The notes under the pieces were generated by a model. It did no database searches, was not told the DNA's origin, and saw only the letters and a list, made by a program, of their open reading frames with translations. Source: Betaproteobacteria bacterium (GTDB lineage Bacteria; Pseudomonadota; Gammaproteobacteria; Burkholderiales; Usitatibacteraceae). Taken from it: a stretch of 64,000 bases of DNA. Positions 1-9,205 of the stretch are shown piece after piece (within the stretch, counting starts at the first letter, position 1; each line of letters starts with the position of its first letter). The stretch lies in NCBI GenBank assembly GCA_031414995.1, contig JANOQY010000427.1:1-64000 (forward strand), read 5' to 3'. A program made the translations under genes and the position numbers.

Positions 1-149
1 TCCGGGCGGACTTGCCGGTGGCGATTGCGTCGGGCTTTATTGATGAGACCTTGCGGGCGCAGGCCGGTGGTGCCGGTGTGCGTGAGTTGATCTTCAAGGC
101 CAATGCGGTCGAGGATCTTTGTGAGGCTTTCGTGAGATTGGTGCAATAA
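1..149 (+). CDS. 3' end of a gene cut by the window edge; tail of a receiver (REC)-like domain, probably of a hybrid sensor kinase or response regulator
   Basis: Frame 3 reads without stops ...RADLPVAIASGFIDETLRAQAGGAGVRELIFKANAVEDLCEAFVRLVQ and ends at TAA 147-149. The pattern resembles the last strands and helices of REC domains. There is no start in the window, so it is absent from the ORF track. Confidence 0.4.
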   Translation, partial: RADLPVAIASGFIDETLRAQAGGAGVRELIFKANAVEDLCEAFVRLVQ

Positions 150-154
150 AGCAC

Positions 155-222
155 CAAACTCTAGCATTGACGGGCATTTCCAAGCACTATTCGTCCAGGG
201 GCGTCGCCAATGCTTGAGTTTC
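155..222. repeat. REP-like palindromic intergenic repeat, copy 1 of 5
   Basis: caaactctagcattgacgggc...gcgtcgccaatgcttgagttt forms imperfect ~20-nt inverted arms around a ~25-nt core. It belongs to the same family as the copies at 14187, 26659, 54050 and 62114. It lies between convergent gene ends. Confidence 0.75.
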
Positions 223-271
223 TCATCAACTGGAATATTCCAATGTTCAAAGACGGCCGCAAACAGGCAAC

Positions 272-1387
272 CTAAACACGTGCTTTGACACGAGCGTGAT
301 GCACGCCAGATTCCGTAATCCTCGCCAGCAAATGCCCCGCGATTTCGACCAACGGCAGCACCACGTTGATTGCGCCCATAGCGATGGCCTCGCGTGGCAT
401 ACCAAATACAACACAACTCGCTTCGTCCTGTGCGACGTTGTAAGCACCGGCAAATTTCATCTCAAGCATTGCCGATGCGCCGTCCTTGCCCATGCCTGTC
501 AGCATCACGCCCAGTACGTTGGGACCTGCATGTTTGGCAGCCGATTTAAACAGTACCTCAACCGAAGGCCGGTGCCGATTAACAGGGTGAGTATCGAGAA
601 TACGCGTGATGTAATTGGTACCGCACTTGTCGATTGCCAGATGCCGACCACCGGGGGCGATGTACGCGTGCCCGGGCAACACCTGCTCGCCATCCACCGC
701 TTCTTTAACCTTGATGCGACACAGGCTACCAAGACGGTTTGCAAAACCGGATGTGAACCCGGCCGGCATATGCTGGGCAATGAGTACACCGGGACTATCT
801 GGCGGCAATTTCATCAGTAACGTCTTCACCGCCTCGATGCCCCCGGTGGATGCACCAATGATGATGAGTTTTTCAGCGCTGGCACGGTAGTTGCCAACAG
901 CCGCCAGCCGAGGCGTCGTCGATAGAGTTGTGGTTGGCAATTTAGCCTTGGCAGCAATACGAATTTTGTCGACGATTTCCTGGCCGCTTTGCCTGACGCC
1001 GCGTTCAATATTGAGCTTCGGCTTGGTTACGTAGTCGACCGCACCCAGTTCAATCGCGCGCAGAGTACTCTCGGCACCACGCGCGGTTAAGCTCGATACC
1101 ATCAATACTGGCATTGGTCGCAGAGTCATTAGTCTGCCGAGAAACTCAAGGCCATCCATGCGCGGCATTTCAACATCGAGCGTCAACACGTCCGGATTGA
1201 GCAGCCGGATCATCTGTCGGGCCATGATCGGATCTGCGACCGCGCCCACGGCGGTCAGGTCCGGCTGTCCATTGATGATCTCTGTAAGCAGCGTTCGCAT
1301 CAGCGCTGAGTCGTCAATGATCAGCACCTTGATTTTTCTTGCGGCAGAAGCATTGAGGGCGGGCACGTGGCGACTCTCTGTTGGCAT
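272..1387 (-). CDS. cheB: Chemotaxis response regulator protein-glutamate methylesterase CheB
   Basis: 371-aa ORF. It has an N-terminal REC domain ([22 protein letters not shown]) and a CheB esterase core ([26 protein letters not shown]). It is the last gene of the che operon. Confidence 0.95.
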   Translation of the reverse strand: MPTESRHVPALNASAARKIKVLIIDDSALMRTLLTEIINGQPDLTAVGAVADPIMARQMIRLLNPDVLTLDVEMPRMDGLEFLGRLMTLRPMPVLMVSSLTARGAESTLRAIELGAVDYVTKPKLNIERGVRQSGQEIVDKIRIAAKAKLPTTTLSTTPRLAAVGNYRASAEKLIIIGASTGGIEAVKTLLMKLPPDSPGVLIAQHMPAGFTSGFANRLGSLCRIKVKEAVDGEQVLPGHAYIAPGGRHLAIDKCGTNYITRILDTHPVNRHRPSVEVLFKSAAKHAGPNVLGVMLTGMGKDGASAMLEMKFAGAYNVAQDEASCVVFGMPREAIAMGAINVVLPLVEIAGHLLARITESGVHHARVKARV

Positions 1388-1479
1388 TGGCCGCAGGTGC
1401 GGCGTTTCTGGAAATATTGCTTGGATGATATTTATGAACTATGAATATGAAAGATTTTCAACGTCTGACTCACAGTTTT

Positions 1480-3591
1480 CTAAAACTCAACCCATTCATC
1501 GGTACCGCCCGCAACTTTGGTGCGCGCCAGCATCGGCCTGGTTCTGGGTGCCGCATCCTTGGCGGGAAATCGCGTCAAATTACTCACCCGCGTTCGCTCT
1601 GCTGCCACCGGCGCAGTGCCACTGACGACCACTGCCGCCATATGGAAAAACGATACGGTCCGCGCCAGCATCTGCGCCTGCTCCTCCAGAACCTCGCCAG
1701 CGGCTGCGGCCTGCTCGACCAGCGCTGCATTTTGCTGGGTCACCTCATCCATCTGCGTGATGACCTGGTTGACTTGTTCGATGCCCGCACTCTGCTCCTG
1801 GGACGCGGAGGTGATGTCGGCCATGATGTCGGTCACGCGCTTGACTGAGCTAACAATTTCTTCCATCGTTTTCCCGGCTTCATCAACCAGCCGTGTTCCC
1901 GTAGCGACTTTTTCCACTGAGTCGCCAATCAACTCCTTGATCTCTTTGGCCGCCGCTGCGCTGCGTTGGGCCAAATTTCGGACTTCTGATGCCACCACCG
2001 CAAAGCCGCGTCCATGTTCGCCGGCGCGTGCTGCTTCCACCGCCGCGTTCAGCGCCAGAATGTTGGTCTGGAATGCAATCTCGTCTATCACACTGATGAT
2101 GTCGACGATCTTTTTTGAGGCCTCGTTAATGGAGCCCATCGTGCCCACGACCCGTCCCACTACCGCACCCCCTTTGACAGCGACATCGGTAGCCCCGATG
2201 GCAAGTTGATTGGCCTGTCTTGCGTTCGCCGCGTTCTGCTTGACCGTACCGGTCAACGCATCGAGAGTCGATGCGGTCTCCTGCAAACTCGATGCCTGCT
2301 CTTCCGTGCGTTGTGACAAATCCGTATTGCCAGAGGCGATTTCCCGTGCCGCCGTATTGATTGACTCTGTCGCCACGCGCAATTGGCCGACTATGTCAGC
2401 CAGCATCACGACTGTGGTGTTGGTGTCGTCCTTCAACTGCCCGAAGGTACCGGCGTACTCGTTGGTAATTTTTTCGGTGAGGTCGCCTTTGGCTAATGCG
2501 CCCAATACGCGCGCCACTTCGTTCAAGCCCGAATCACTGACCTGCATCAGACGATTCAGACCCTCGACCATCTTGCGGAAATCATATTGGTATTTATCAA
2601 CGTCACCACGGACGTTAAAGTCGCCACGGGCCGCCGCCTCGACGAGCAAGGCGATCTGTGCGTTGACCGCCTGCAGACTTTGCTTTACGCCATCTATTGC
2701 GTCAGTAATCTGCACCTTCTTGCCGGGCAAGCGGTCCATGTCCATCGAAAGATCGCCTGCGGCGTAGCGCTTGACGACTTCGACGACCCTCACAGTCACG
2801 CCGATGTGGGAGGCTGCCAGCGCATTCACCGACTGCGCCATCTGCCCATAGACCCCGGGAAACTGCTCGGCGGCAATCATTGCATCCGTGTCGCCGGCAT
2901 CGTGCTGCGTGGCCATGCCTTGCTGGGCTGCAACGAAGCCCTTTAATGTGCCCACCATCTCTTTCATGGATGAGAGCAGGCTGGTCTTGTCGTCTTTGCG
3001 CAGCAGAATTTCGACCGAGAGGTCGCCACGAGAAACCGCGGTAGTAATCCGCTGCGCCTCGCTCGGGTCCCCGCCTAACTGGCGAAGCACGCGCCGCGCC
3101 ACCCATGCCAGCACCGCCGCCACCAGCAGCGCCATCACAGCCAACGACAAACATACAATCAATGCGGTGTCGTTACGCATCGCACGCGCGGTGTCCAATC
3201 GGTATGCCAGCAGTACGGTGCCGAGCACGTTGTCAGCAGCGTCATTGACGTTCTGCTCAATCACGATCAACCCCTCAAGTGACACCGGGGCCTTCATTAC
3301 GTCACCAGTTAGCGACTTTCCAGTTGCTTCTTTAATCTCCGCAAAAGCCAGTTCTTTGTCGTTGCCGAGTTGCTTGACCAAATTGCCAAGCGCCGTAAGA
3401 TCAAAGTTCACAATATAGGGCGCTGCAACGCCGGCAACAATTTTGGCGGTTTGCCGGGCATTGGCGCGCTCGCGGGCTTCCAACCTTTCTGCCAGCAGCG
3501 TTGTGGTCAAACCGGCCGCCGCCGCCGCCGCGGCCAGTAGCGCGGCCAGCGTCGGTACCATCAGCGTCTTGTATAGCGTATTGAGTTGCAT
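1480..3591 (-). CDS. Methyl-accepting chemotaxis protein with two TM helices, a short periplasmic segment, several HAMP-like repeats and a C-terminal EWVEF pentapeptide
   Basis: The signalling hairpin is highly conserved ([40 protein letters not shown]). Methylation-type [12 protein letters not shown] repeats are present. HAMP-like GDLS/GDFN/GDLT segments are repeated. The protein ends in DEWVEF. ATG 3591 follows GTG 3594; either could be the start. Confidence 0.95.
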   Translation of the reverse strand: MQLNTLYKTLMVPTLAALLAAAAAAAGLTTTLLAERLEARERANARQTAKIVAGVAAPYIVNFDLTALGNLVKQLGNDKELAFAEIKEATGKSLTGDVMKAPVSLEGLIVIEQNVNDAADNVLGTVLLAYRLDTARAMRNDTALIVCLSLAVMALLVAAVLAWVARRVLRQLGGDPSEAQRITTAVSRGDLSVEILLRKDDKTSLLSSMKEMVGTLKGFVAAQQGMATQHDAGDTDAMIAAEQFPGVYGQMAQSVNALAASHIGVTVRVVEVVKRYAAGDLSMDMDRLPGKKVQITDAIDGVKQSLQAVNAQIALLVEAAARGDFNVRGDVDKYQYDFRKMVEGLNRLMQVSDSGLNEVARVLGALAKGDLTEKITNEYAGTFGQLKDDTNTTVVMLADIVGQLRVATESINTAAREIASGNTDLSQRTEEQASSLQETASTLDALTGTVKQNAANARQANQLAIGATDVAVKGGAVVGRVVGTMGSINEASKKIVDIISVIDEIAFQTNILALNAAVEAARAGEHGRGFAVVASEVRNLAQRSAAAAKEIKELIGDSVEKVATGTRLVDEAGKTMEEIVSSVKRVTDIMADITSASQEQSAGIEQVNQVITQMDEVTQQNAALVEQAAAAGEVLEEQAQMLARTVSFFHMAAVVVSGTAPVAAERTRVSNLTRFPAKDAAPRTRPMLARTKVAGGTDEWVEF

Positions 3592-3636
3592 CACGTCTTA
3601 TCCCTGAAAATAATGGGTTGTCTTACCGCGTCTCAA

Positions 3637-4785
3637 TTAGTGCATCATCGTCCGCGGCACAGCCTTGCCGTCTTGTACGCGGGTGAGAAAAATGGTTTTG
3701 GAGCCCTGATGACTGCTGGGCGAGAAGGCGACCTTCAAGCCACCGACATCTGTAGACAACGCCTCAAGGGCCGCGACGAGACCGACACGGGTTGGGTTGG
3801 GGCCGATTTTGCGCAATGCTTCGACCAGAACCACGGCATCGACGTGCCCTTCGAGCGATGTGTAACCCAGACTTGCCCCCTTCATGTCGGCCACATAATT
3901 TTTCACGCCAGGTGCCGTCGTGTCGTGCGGCGACGGCATCACCTGCGTAATGTAAACACCGTCACCCTCCGCGCCTGCTTCGGCAATGAAGTTTTCCGTG
4001 CCAATGAAAGAAACGGTCAGAATGCGCGCCGTGATACCGGCGGCCTTGGTTTTTTTGACAACTGCGGCCAGTTGTTTGTAAGTGCCGACGAAAACAACAG
4101 CTTCCGGCTTCGCCTGTTTCAGTGCTTCGATACCGGCTTCGACTTCCATGGTGTTACGTTTAAAGCGGGTCTCGGCAAAGATCTTCAAGTCGCGCTTTAG
4201 AAGTGCCCGCGCAACGCCGCCCTTGACCGCCTCGCCGAAAGCATCGTCTTGCATGAACACGGCGAACTTCTTGAAGCCCAGATCGCGGGTCAGACGCTCG
4301 ATCATGAATTCCGCTTCATCAAAGTACGAAGCGCGCACATTGAATACCCATTTGTTGACCGGGTTGCGCAAAAATTCGGCGCCCGTAAACGGGAATAGAT
4401 AGGGCACTTGTGCCCTCGATGCGATCGCCACCGCTGCGCTCGATGTGGGCGTGCCGACGTAACCGAACAGGGCAAAGACTTTGTCCTTTTCAATTAATTC
4501 CTGCGTTGCGGCTGCGCTGCGGGTGGGCTCGTACCCATCATCCTTGCTGACGAGCACGATTTTGCGGCCGTGGACACCTCCAGCGGCGTTAACCTTTGCG
4601 AAGTAGGCTTCGGCACCGGCTTTTATGCCGCTGCCCAGACCGGCTGCCGGCCCGCTCAATGCATTGGCCATGCCGATGCGAATTTCAGTAGGGCTGATGC
4701 CATCCTCGGTCGAGGCTACCGCGCCGTGCATGCACAGGCAGGCAGCGACTGCGGTAACAAGGCGTAGTGTGAGTCTGGTTTTCAT
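3637..4785 (-). CDS. Periplasmic solute-binding protein, Leu/Ile/Val-binding (LivK, Peripla_BP_6)-like; orphan, with no transporter genes nearby
   Basis: Signal peptide MKTRLTLRLVTAVAACLCMHGAVAS. Family-typical segments are GMANALSGPAAGLG, KDDGYEP and FGYVGTPT. I chose ATG 4785, preceded by AAGGA, over the longer ORF-track start at 4899. Confidence 0.85.
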   Translation of the reverse strand: MKTRLTLRLVTAVAACLCMHGAVASTEDGISPTEIRIGMANALSGPAAGLGSGIKAGAEAYFAKVNAAGGVHGRKIVLVSKDDGYEPTRSAAATQELIEKDKVFALFGYVGTPTSSAAVAIASRAQVPYLFPFTGAEFLRNPVNKWVFNVRASYFDEAEFMIERLTRDLGFKKFAVFMQDDAFGEAVKGGVARALLKRDLKIFAETRFKRNTMEVEAGIEALKQAKPEAVVFVGTYKQLAAVVKKTKAAGITARILTVSFIGTENFIAEAGAEGDGVYITQVMPSPHDTTAPGVKNYVADMKGASLGYTSLEGHVDAVVLVEALRKIGPNPTRVGLVAALEALSTDVGGLKVAFSPSSHQGSKTIFLTRVQDGKAVPRTMMH

Positions 4786-4939
4786 CGAGGTGTCCTTGGC
4801 TATGCGGTTATTAGGTTGTTCGTCACCTACACAAAAATCATGGTGTCTGCCGATATTGGAAAACGCTCCTACTGGCTCTATCGGTTGCCAGGCATCCAAC
4901 TTGAGCGCGTGACAAATTTGGATAGGTAAAACCGGTCAA

Positions 4940-5449
4940 TCAATGCTTGGGCTCGGTGAGCAATGCCATGTCGTCGCTGGTCATGAGCTTTTCAATGTCC
5001 AGCAGAATCAGCATTCGAGTGCCTACCGCGCCAAGGCCCAGAATGTAGTGGGTATCAAATCGCGATGAAAAACCCGGCACCGGCCTTATCTCTGTGACTG
5101 GCAGGGTGATCACGTCGGAGACGCTGTCTACCACCATGCCCACCACGCGACCGCCAATATTGAGAATAATCACCACGGTGAACTTGTCGTATCTGGCGCA
5201 ATCGAGATGAAACTTGATGCGCATATCGACTATTGGCACGATGGTGCCGCGAAGGTTGACGATGCCTTTTATAAATTCCGGTGCGTTAGCAATCGTTGTT
5301 ACCCTCTCGTAATTGCGAATTTCCTGCACCTTGAGAATATCGATGCCGTACTCTTCTTCGCCGAGTCTGAAGTTCAAAAATTCGCTGCATTCTGACTCTG
5401 GCACGATGTCCATTCGCGCTATACCTTGATGTTGGGTTTGAGGTTGCAT
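4940..5449 (-). CDS. cheW: Chemotaxis coupling protein CheW
   Basis: 169 aa with a CheW-like domain ([39 protein letters not shown]). It lies directly downstream of cheA. Confidence 0.95.
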   Translation of the reverse strand: MQPQTQHQGIARMDIVPESECSEFLNFRLGEEEYGIDILKVQEIRNYERVTTIANAPEFIKGIVNLRGTIVPIVDMRIKFHLDCARYDKFTVVIILNIGGRVVGMVVDSVSDVITLPVTEIRPVPGFSSRFDTHYILGLGAVGTRMLILLDIEKLMTSDDMALLTEPKH

Positions 5450-5467
5450 TGGTGCTACTCCTTCGGA

Positions 5468-7468
5468 TCAGTGTCTGGATTGATTGACGTGTGCCGGGCG
5501 GCCGGCTGCGCTTCTTCCGGTGGCAACCACAGAGGCGGCATCGAGGATTAACGCAACGCGTCCATCGCCCATAATCGTGGCACCCGAGACACCAGGTACC
5601 TTTCGGTAGTTCGTCTCCAGATTTTTCACCACCACCTGTTGCTGCCCAATCAATTTGTCGACCAGCAGCGCGGTCTTGGCACCTTCAAATTCGATGATCA
5701 CGAGGATCTTTGCGGGCAGCTTTGATTTTGGCGCCACAACGTTGAACACTTCATGCAGAGCCACTACTGGCAGATAGTCAGCTCTCACCTCCACCACCCG
5801 TCCCTGCCCCACCACCGTGCGGAGCATGCCGTCGATCAACGGCAGCGACTCGACGACGTGGGTGAGCGGGATAATAAAATTTTCGCAGCCTACCTCTACC
5901 GACATGCCGTTCATGATGGCCAGCGTCAGCGGCAACTGGATCGACACAAAGGTGCCTTGGCCGTTGATCGAATCGAGGCTGGTGGTGCCTCCCAGCGCAG
6001 CAATGTTTTTTGTCACCACGTCCATGCCAACGCCGCGTCCCGACACATCCGTGACGTGCTCTGCCGTGGAAAACCCCGGTGCCCAGATGAGCTGCCAGAC
6101 CTCCTTGTCTGTCATGTCGTCATGAACTGGCAATCCCTGCTCTCGTGCCTTGGCAAGAATTTTGTCGCGATTCAGGCCGGCGCCATCGTCGCGCACGTCT
6201 ATGACGATGCTGCCCCCACGATGGGCGGCAGAAAGATAAATGGTGCCGCTCGCAGGCTTGCCGGACGCGAGTCGCTTTTCGGGCGGTTCGATACCGTGAT
6301 CAACCGCATTGCGGATCAGATGAGTGAGCGGATCGGTAATCTTCTCAATTAACCCCTTGTCCAGCTCGGTGGCCTCACCTGACGTTTTGAGTTCTATTTC
6401 TTTTCCTAACTTTGCAGCCAGATCGCGCAGCATTCGCGGAAACCGGTTAAACACCACCGCCATCGGAATCATACGGATGCCCATCACCGCATCCTGCAAG
6501 CTCCGCACACTACGTTCCAGATCGGCAAGACCAGACAGCATGCCCGCGTGTGTGATCGGATTGATGTCGCGGCCATTATTGGAGAGCATCGCCTGTGTAA
6601 TTACTAATTCGCCAACCAAATTTATCAGTTGATCCACTTTTTCGACCGAAACTCGCAGCGTGGATGCATCTGCACCACCCGTCAGCAGGCGCTCACTGCG
6701 TGGTTTTTGCACGGCTTTGGCCACAGCCTCCGATATGGTCTCCTCGACTTGCGGTGGATCAGCCTTCAGGAAACGCAATTGATCGCGACTCACGTGAAAG
6801 CTGAGCAGATCGCACAATTCGTCTTCCGGAGATGTCGTGACGACCCGAAAACAGCGCAGACCGTCACCACAAATATTCTCGGCTCCGACAACCGGCATCG
6901 CGATGGCCGCAATGCTGCCAAGATTGGGGATATCCGAAAACAGCTCGATAATGCTTTCGAACACACTCGCATCATCCAGCGGGCCGACCACCATGTCGAA
7001 CGCACGAGCGCCATCAGACGGCTTCAGACCACCTACGGCATGGCCAATAGCGAATGTGCGTATGCCTGACAGTAATGCCGAGATATCTCCGGCCTCGTCG
7101 GTGTGGCCGGATTGGCGCCCGGCAAGCTGGCCTCTGAGTGCATCACCCGCTTCCAGCAACTTATCCACCATCGCCGTGGTCAGTGCAAGTTCATGTCTTC
7201 GCACCCGATCAAGTAGCGTTTCAAGTTCGTGTGTGAGCTCAGCCACATCCTGAAAACCAAACGTCGCCGCACCTCCCTTGATGGAATGCGCTGCACGAAA
7301 AATTGAATGCAGATCTTCTTCTACCGGATTATCAATATCAATGGCCAGCAGCATGCTTTCCATTGATGAAATATTTTCGCCCGCCTCTTCAAAAAACAAC
7401 TGATAGAACTGTTTCAGATCGGGCTCACTTATGGCTGCCTGCGCGATCTTGGAACTGGTGTCGTGCAT
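5468..7468 (-). CDS. cheA: Chemotaxis histidine kinase CheA
   Basis: Hpt P1 domain (FRAAHSIKGGAATFGF), N box (DPLTHLIRNAVDHGIE), G1 (DDGAGLN), G2 (GRGVGMDVV), and a C-terminal CheW-like P5 domain. The ORF-track start at 7483 is TTG; the first ATG is 7468. Confidence 0.95.
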   Translation of the reverse strand: MHDTSSKIAQAAISEPDLKQFYQLFFEEAGENISSMESMLLAIDIDNPVEEDLHSIFRAAHSIKGGAATFGFQDVAELTHELETLLDRVRRHELALTTAMVDKLLEAGDALRGQLAGRQSGHTDEAGDISALLSGIRTFAIGHAVGGLKPSDGARAFDMVVGPLDDASVFESIIELFSDIPNLGSIAAIAMPVVGAENICGDGLRCFRVVTTSPEDELCDLLSFHVSRDQLRFLKADPPQVEETISEAVAKAVQKPRSERLLTGGADASTLRVSVEKVDQLINLVGELVITQAMLSNNGRDINPITHAGMLSGLADLERSVRSLQDAVMGIRMIPMAVVFNRFPRMLRDLAAKLGKEIELKTSGEATELDKGLIEKITDPLTHLIRNAVDHGIEPPEKRLASGKPASGTIYLSAAHRGGSIVIDVRDDGAGLNRDKILAKAREQGLPVHDDMTDKEVWQLIWAPGFSTAEHVTDVSGRGVGMDVVTKNIAALGGTTSLDSINGQGTFVSIQLPLTLAIMNGMSVEVGCENFIIPLTHVVESLPLIDGMLRTVVGQGRVVEVRADYLPVVALHEVFNVVAPKSKLPAKILVIIEFEGAKTALLVDKLIGQQQVVVKNLETNYRKVPGVSGATIMGDGRVALILDAASVVATGRSAAGRPAHVNQSRH

Positions 7469-7513
7469 GATGAGCCCGTTCAAGAAAACTGTTGAGTGAA
7501 CTTGTCTGACTGT

Positions 7514-7948
7514 CTAGAAGAATTCGATGGTGCCGGCGCGCATGGCATCCTGCTGAACAGGTGGCACGCTAACCGACTCACCACCAGCAGACGTACCAGC
7601 CAGCCAAACAGGTACCGTCATTGGCGTCTGTGATATTTCGGGGGTGGACTTTAGCGCTTCACTAGCCCGGCTGAGGCGTTGCTGGGTAAAGCCGATAAGC
7701 TGGCTGGCAAGATCCTGACACTGCAATGCGGAAATTGCCCGACCAGTGACCCGGTCCATCTCGGCCAGACTTCCAGCTGTTCGCGCTGCCGCTTGAACGG
7801 CGATAAAGCAGTTCAACAGTTCGCCAAACGCGTCGCGTAGCAGCCCTGACAATCGCGTCAGATCATCTTGCGCTCCCCACAGTTCGTTGGCTGCAGACAT
7901 CGGTATGGAGAGGTTTTCGTGTGGCAAACTGAGATTGGTAGTCGTCAT
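7514..7948 (-). CDS. Hypothetical 144-aa protein, first gene of the che operon; carries short CheZ-like motifs (see findings)
   Basis: The ORF is co-directional with cheA and lies 30-45 nt upstream of it. ATG 7948 is preceded by AGGTGAG; the ORF-track start at 7957 is GTG with no SD. I recognise no family with confidence. The motif LQCQDLASQLI resembles the CheZ active-site region. Confidence 0.6.
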   Translation of the reverse strand: MTTTNLSLPHENLSIPMSAANELWGAQDDLTRLSGLLRDAFGELLNCFIAVQAAARTAGSLAEMDRVTGRAISALQCQDLASQLIGFTQQRLSRASEALKSTPEISQTPMTVPVWLAGTSAGGESVSVPPVQQDAMRAGTIEFF

Positions 7949-8101
7949 TTTTCTCACCTGAGGAGTCGGTAGTCCATTTGGTTAAACGTTGCGTCGCTGA
8001 GCTGCGGCGCGCGTTAATTTCGATGCTTTATTCTCCGTGCTTGACGATTACGCGATAATGTGAAAAGCGCCATTAAAACCACCCATTTCACTGGTCAATA
8101 A

Positions 8102-9205
8102 ATGCCTGCATCACCGCCCGAATCTATTCGCGTGCTGTTTGTTGAAGACTCAACAGCTGATTACGAGCTGATGCTGGGCACGCTTGAACGCGACGGTGTG
8201 CTGGTCGCTGGCATGCGCGTTGAAGACATTGAGGCAATGCGCCTCGCGCTCGACAGTGGCGGCTGGGACGCCGTCATTTCAGATCGCAATCTGCCCAAAT
8301 TCTCTCCCGCTGGCGCCTTGCAATTGCTGCGCGAACGTAATCTTGACTTGCCGTTTCTGGTGGTATCAGGAGACTCAGGCGAAGAAATGGCGGTCGAGGC
8401 GATGCTCGCTGGTGCCGACGACTACGTCATGAAAGACCGCCTTAAGCGACTGGCGCCTGCGTTGCGCCACGGCCTGAAGGCAGCTGCCGTTCGCCGCGAA
8501 AAAAGCGCTGCGGAAGCGGCGTTAAGACAATCGGAAACCCGGCTTCACGAACTTGCTGGCCATCTGGAAGCCGTCAAGGAGACCGAGCGTGCTGCTGTCG
8601 CCACTGAAATCAGCGAAGAAATCAGTTGTTCCCTGACTGCACTGAAATTTGAACTGGCGTGGCTACAACGCCATGGGCAGTTACCGCCTGAGGCAGCGGA
8701 CCGGTTGGCCAGGGCGATCCAGCTCGTCGACCGCACGACGATGACCGCACAACAGGTAGTCGGCAATCTGCGACCGGCGATTCTGGACGAGGGCATCGTT
8801 GCCGCATTGGAGTGGCTCACCTCCCAATTCGCGCAGCAGTCGGGAATTGAAACCCATTTTGATGCCAATCGTGATGATGTACTGGATCAGCACACCAGCA
8901 TCGGCATCTACCGTGTTTGCCAGGAAGCCCTCAACAATGTTGTCAAACATTCTGGTGCCAGCCGTGTTGACGTACATCTCTTTGCCACTCATGATCAGAT
9001 TCATCTCGAGATTACCGACAACGGCAAGGGTCTGAATCCGGCCCCGAACGACGATACCCGGCCATCGTTTGGCCTGGCCATGATGCATGAACGCGCGCGT
9101 ACCCTGCACGGGACGCTGGATATTTCCAGCACATCAACACAAGGCACGACGGTGCTGCTGTCGCTGCCGCCTCGCGTCGGCAGTCCGGCGGGAGATCGTT
9201 CGTGA
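8102..9205 (+). CDS. REC-domain / HisKA_3-type sensor kinase homologue with a degenerate H-box (Ser in place of the phospho-acceptor His)
   Basis: N-terminal REC (RVLFVEDSTADYEL, AVISDRNLPKFS, YVMKD). The DHp-like helix reads ETERAAVATEISEEISCSLTALK. The HATPase domain looks intact, with an N box (EALNNVVKHSGA), G1 (DNGKGL) and G2 (FGLAMMHERA). Confidence 0.85.
   Translation: MPASPPESIRVLFVEDSTADYELMLGTLERDGVLVAGMRVEDIEAMRLALDSGGWDAVISDRNLPKFSPAGALQLLRERNLDLPFLVVSGDSGEEMAVEAMLAGADDYVMKDRLKRLAPALRHGLKAAAVRREKSAAEAALRQSETRLHELAGHLEAVKETERAAVATEISEEISCSLTALKFELAWLQRHGQLPPEAADRLARAIQLVDRTTMTAQQVVGNLRPAILDEGIVAALEWLTSQFAQQSGIETHFDANRDDVLDQHTSIGIYRVCQEALNNVVKHSGASRVDVHLFATHDQIHLEITDNGKGLNPAPNDDTRPSFGLAMMHERARTLHGTLDISSTSTQGTTVLLSLPPRVGSPAGDRS

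Noticed and set aside
3515-3535. GCC/GGC trinucleotide run.
   Set aside because: It encodes the poly-Ala stretch of the first TM helix of the MCP (AAAAAAAG). This is a coding consequence, not a regulatory or contingency repeat.
4786-4939. Sigma-54-like TGGCAA-N5-AGAGC in the gap upstream of the SBP gene (minus strand).
   Set aside because: The GC of the -12 element is offset by one position from the GG, and the -12 region does not match TTGC. No enhancer-binding protein gene is nearby.
7949-8101. Searched the divergent che / REC-kinase intergenic region for sigma-28 or clear sigma-70 promoters. Candidates were TTGACG at 8041, GATAAT at 8054 and CGCGATAA at 8051.
   Set aside because: The spacing between candidate -35 and -10 elements is wrong, and the -35 for the FliA-like box is absent. 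I cannot support a call.
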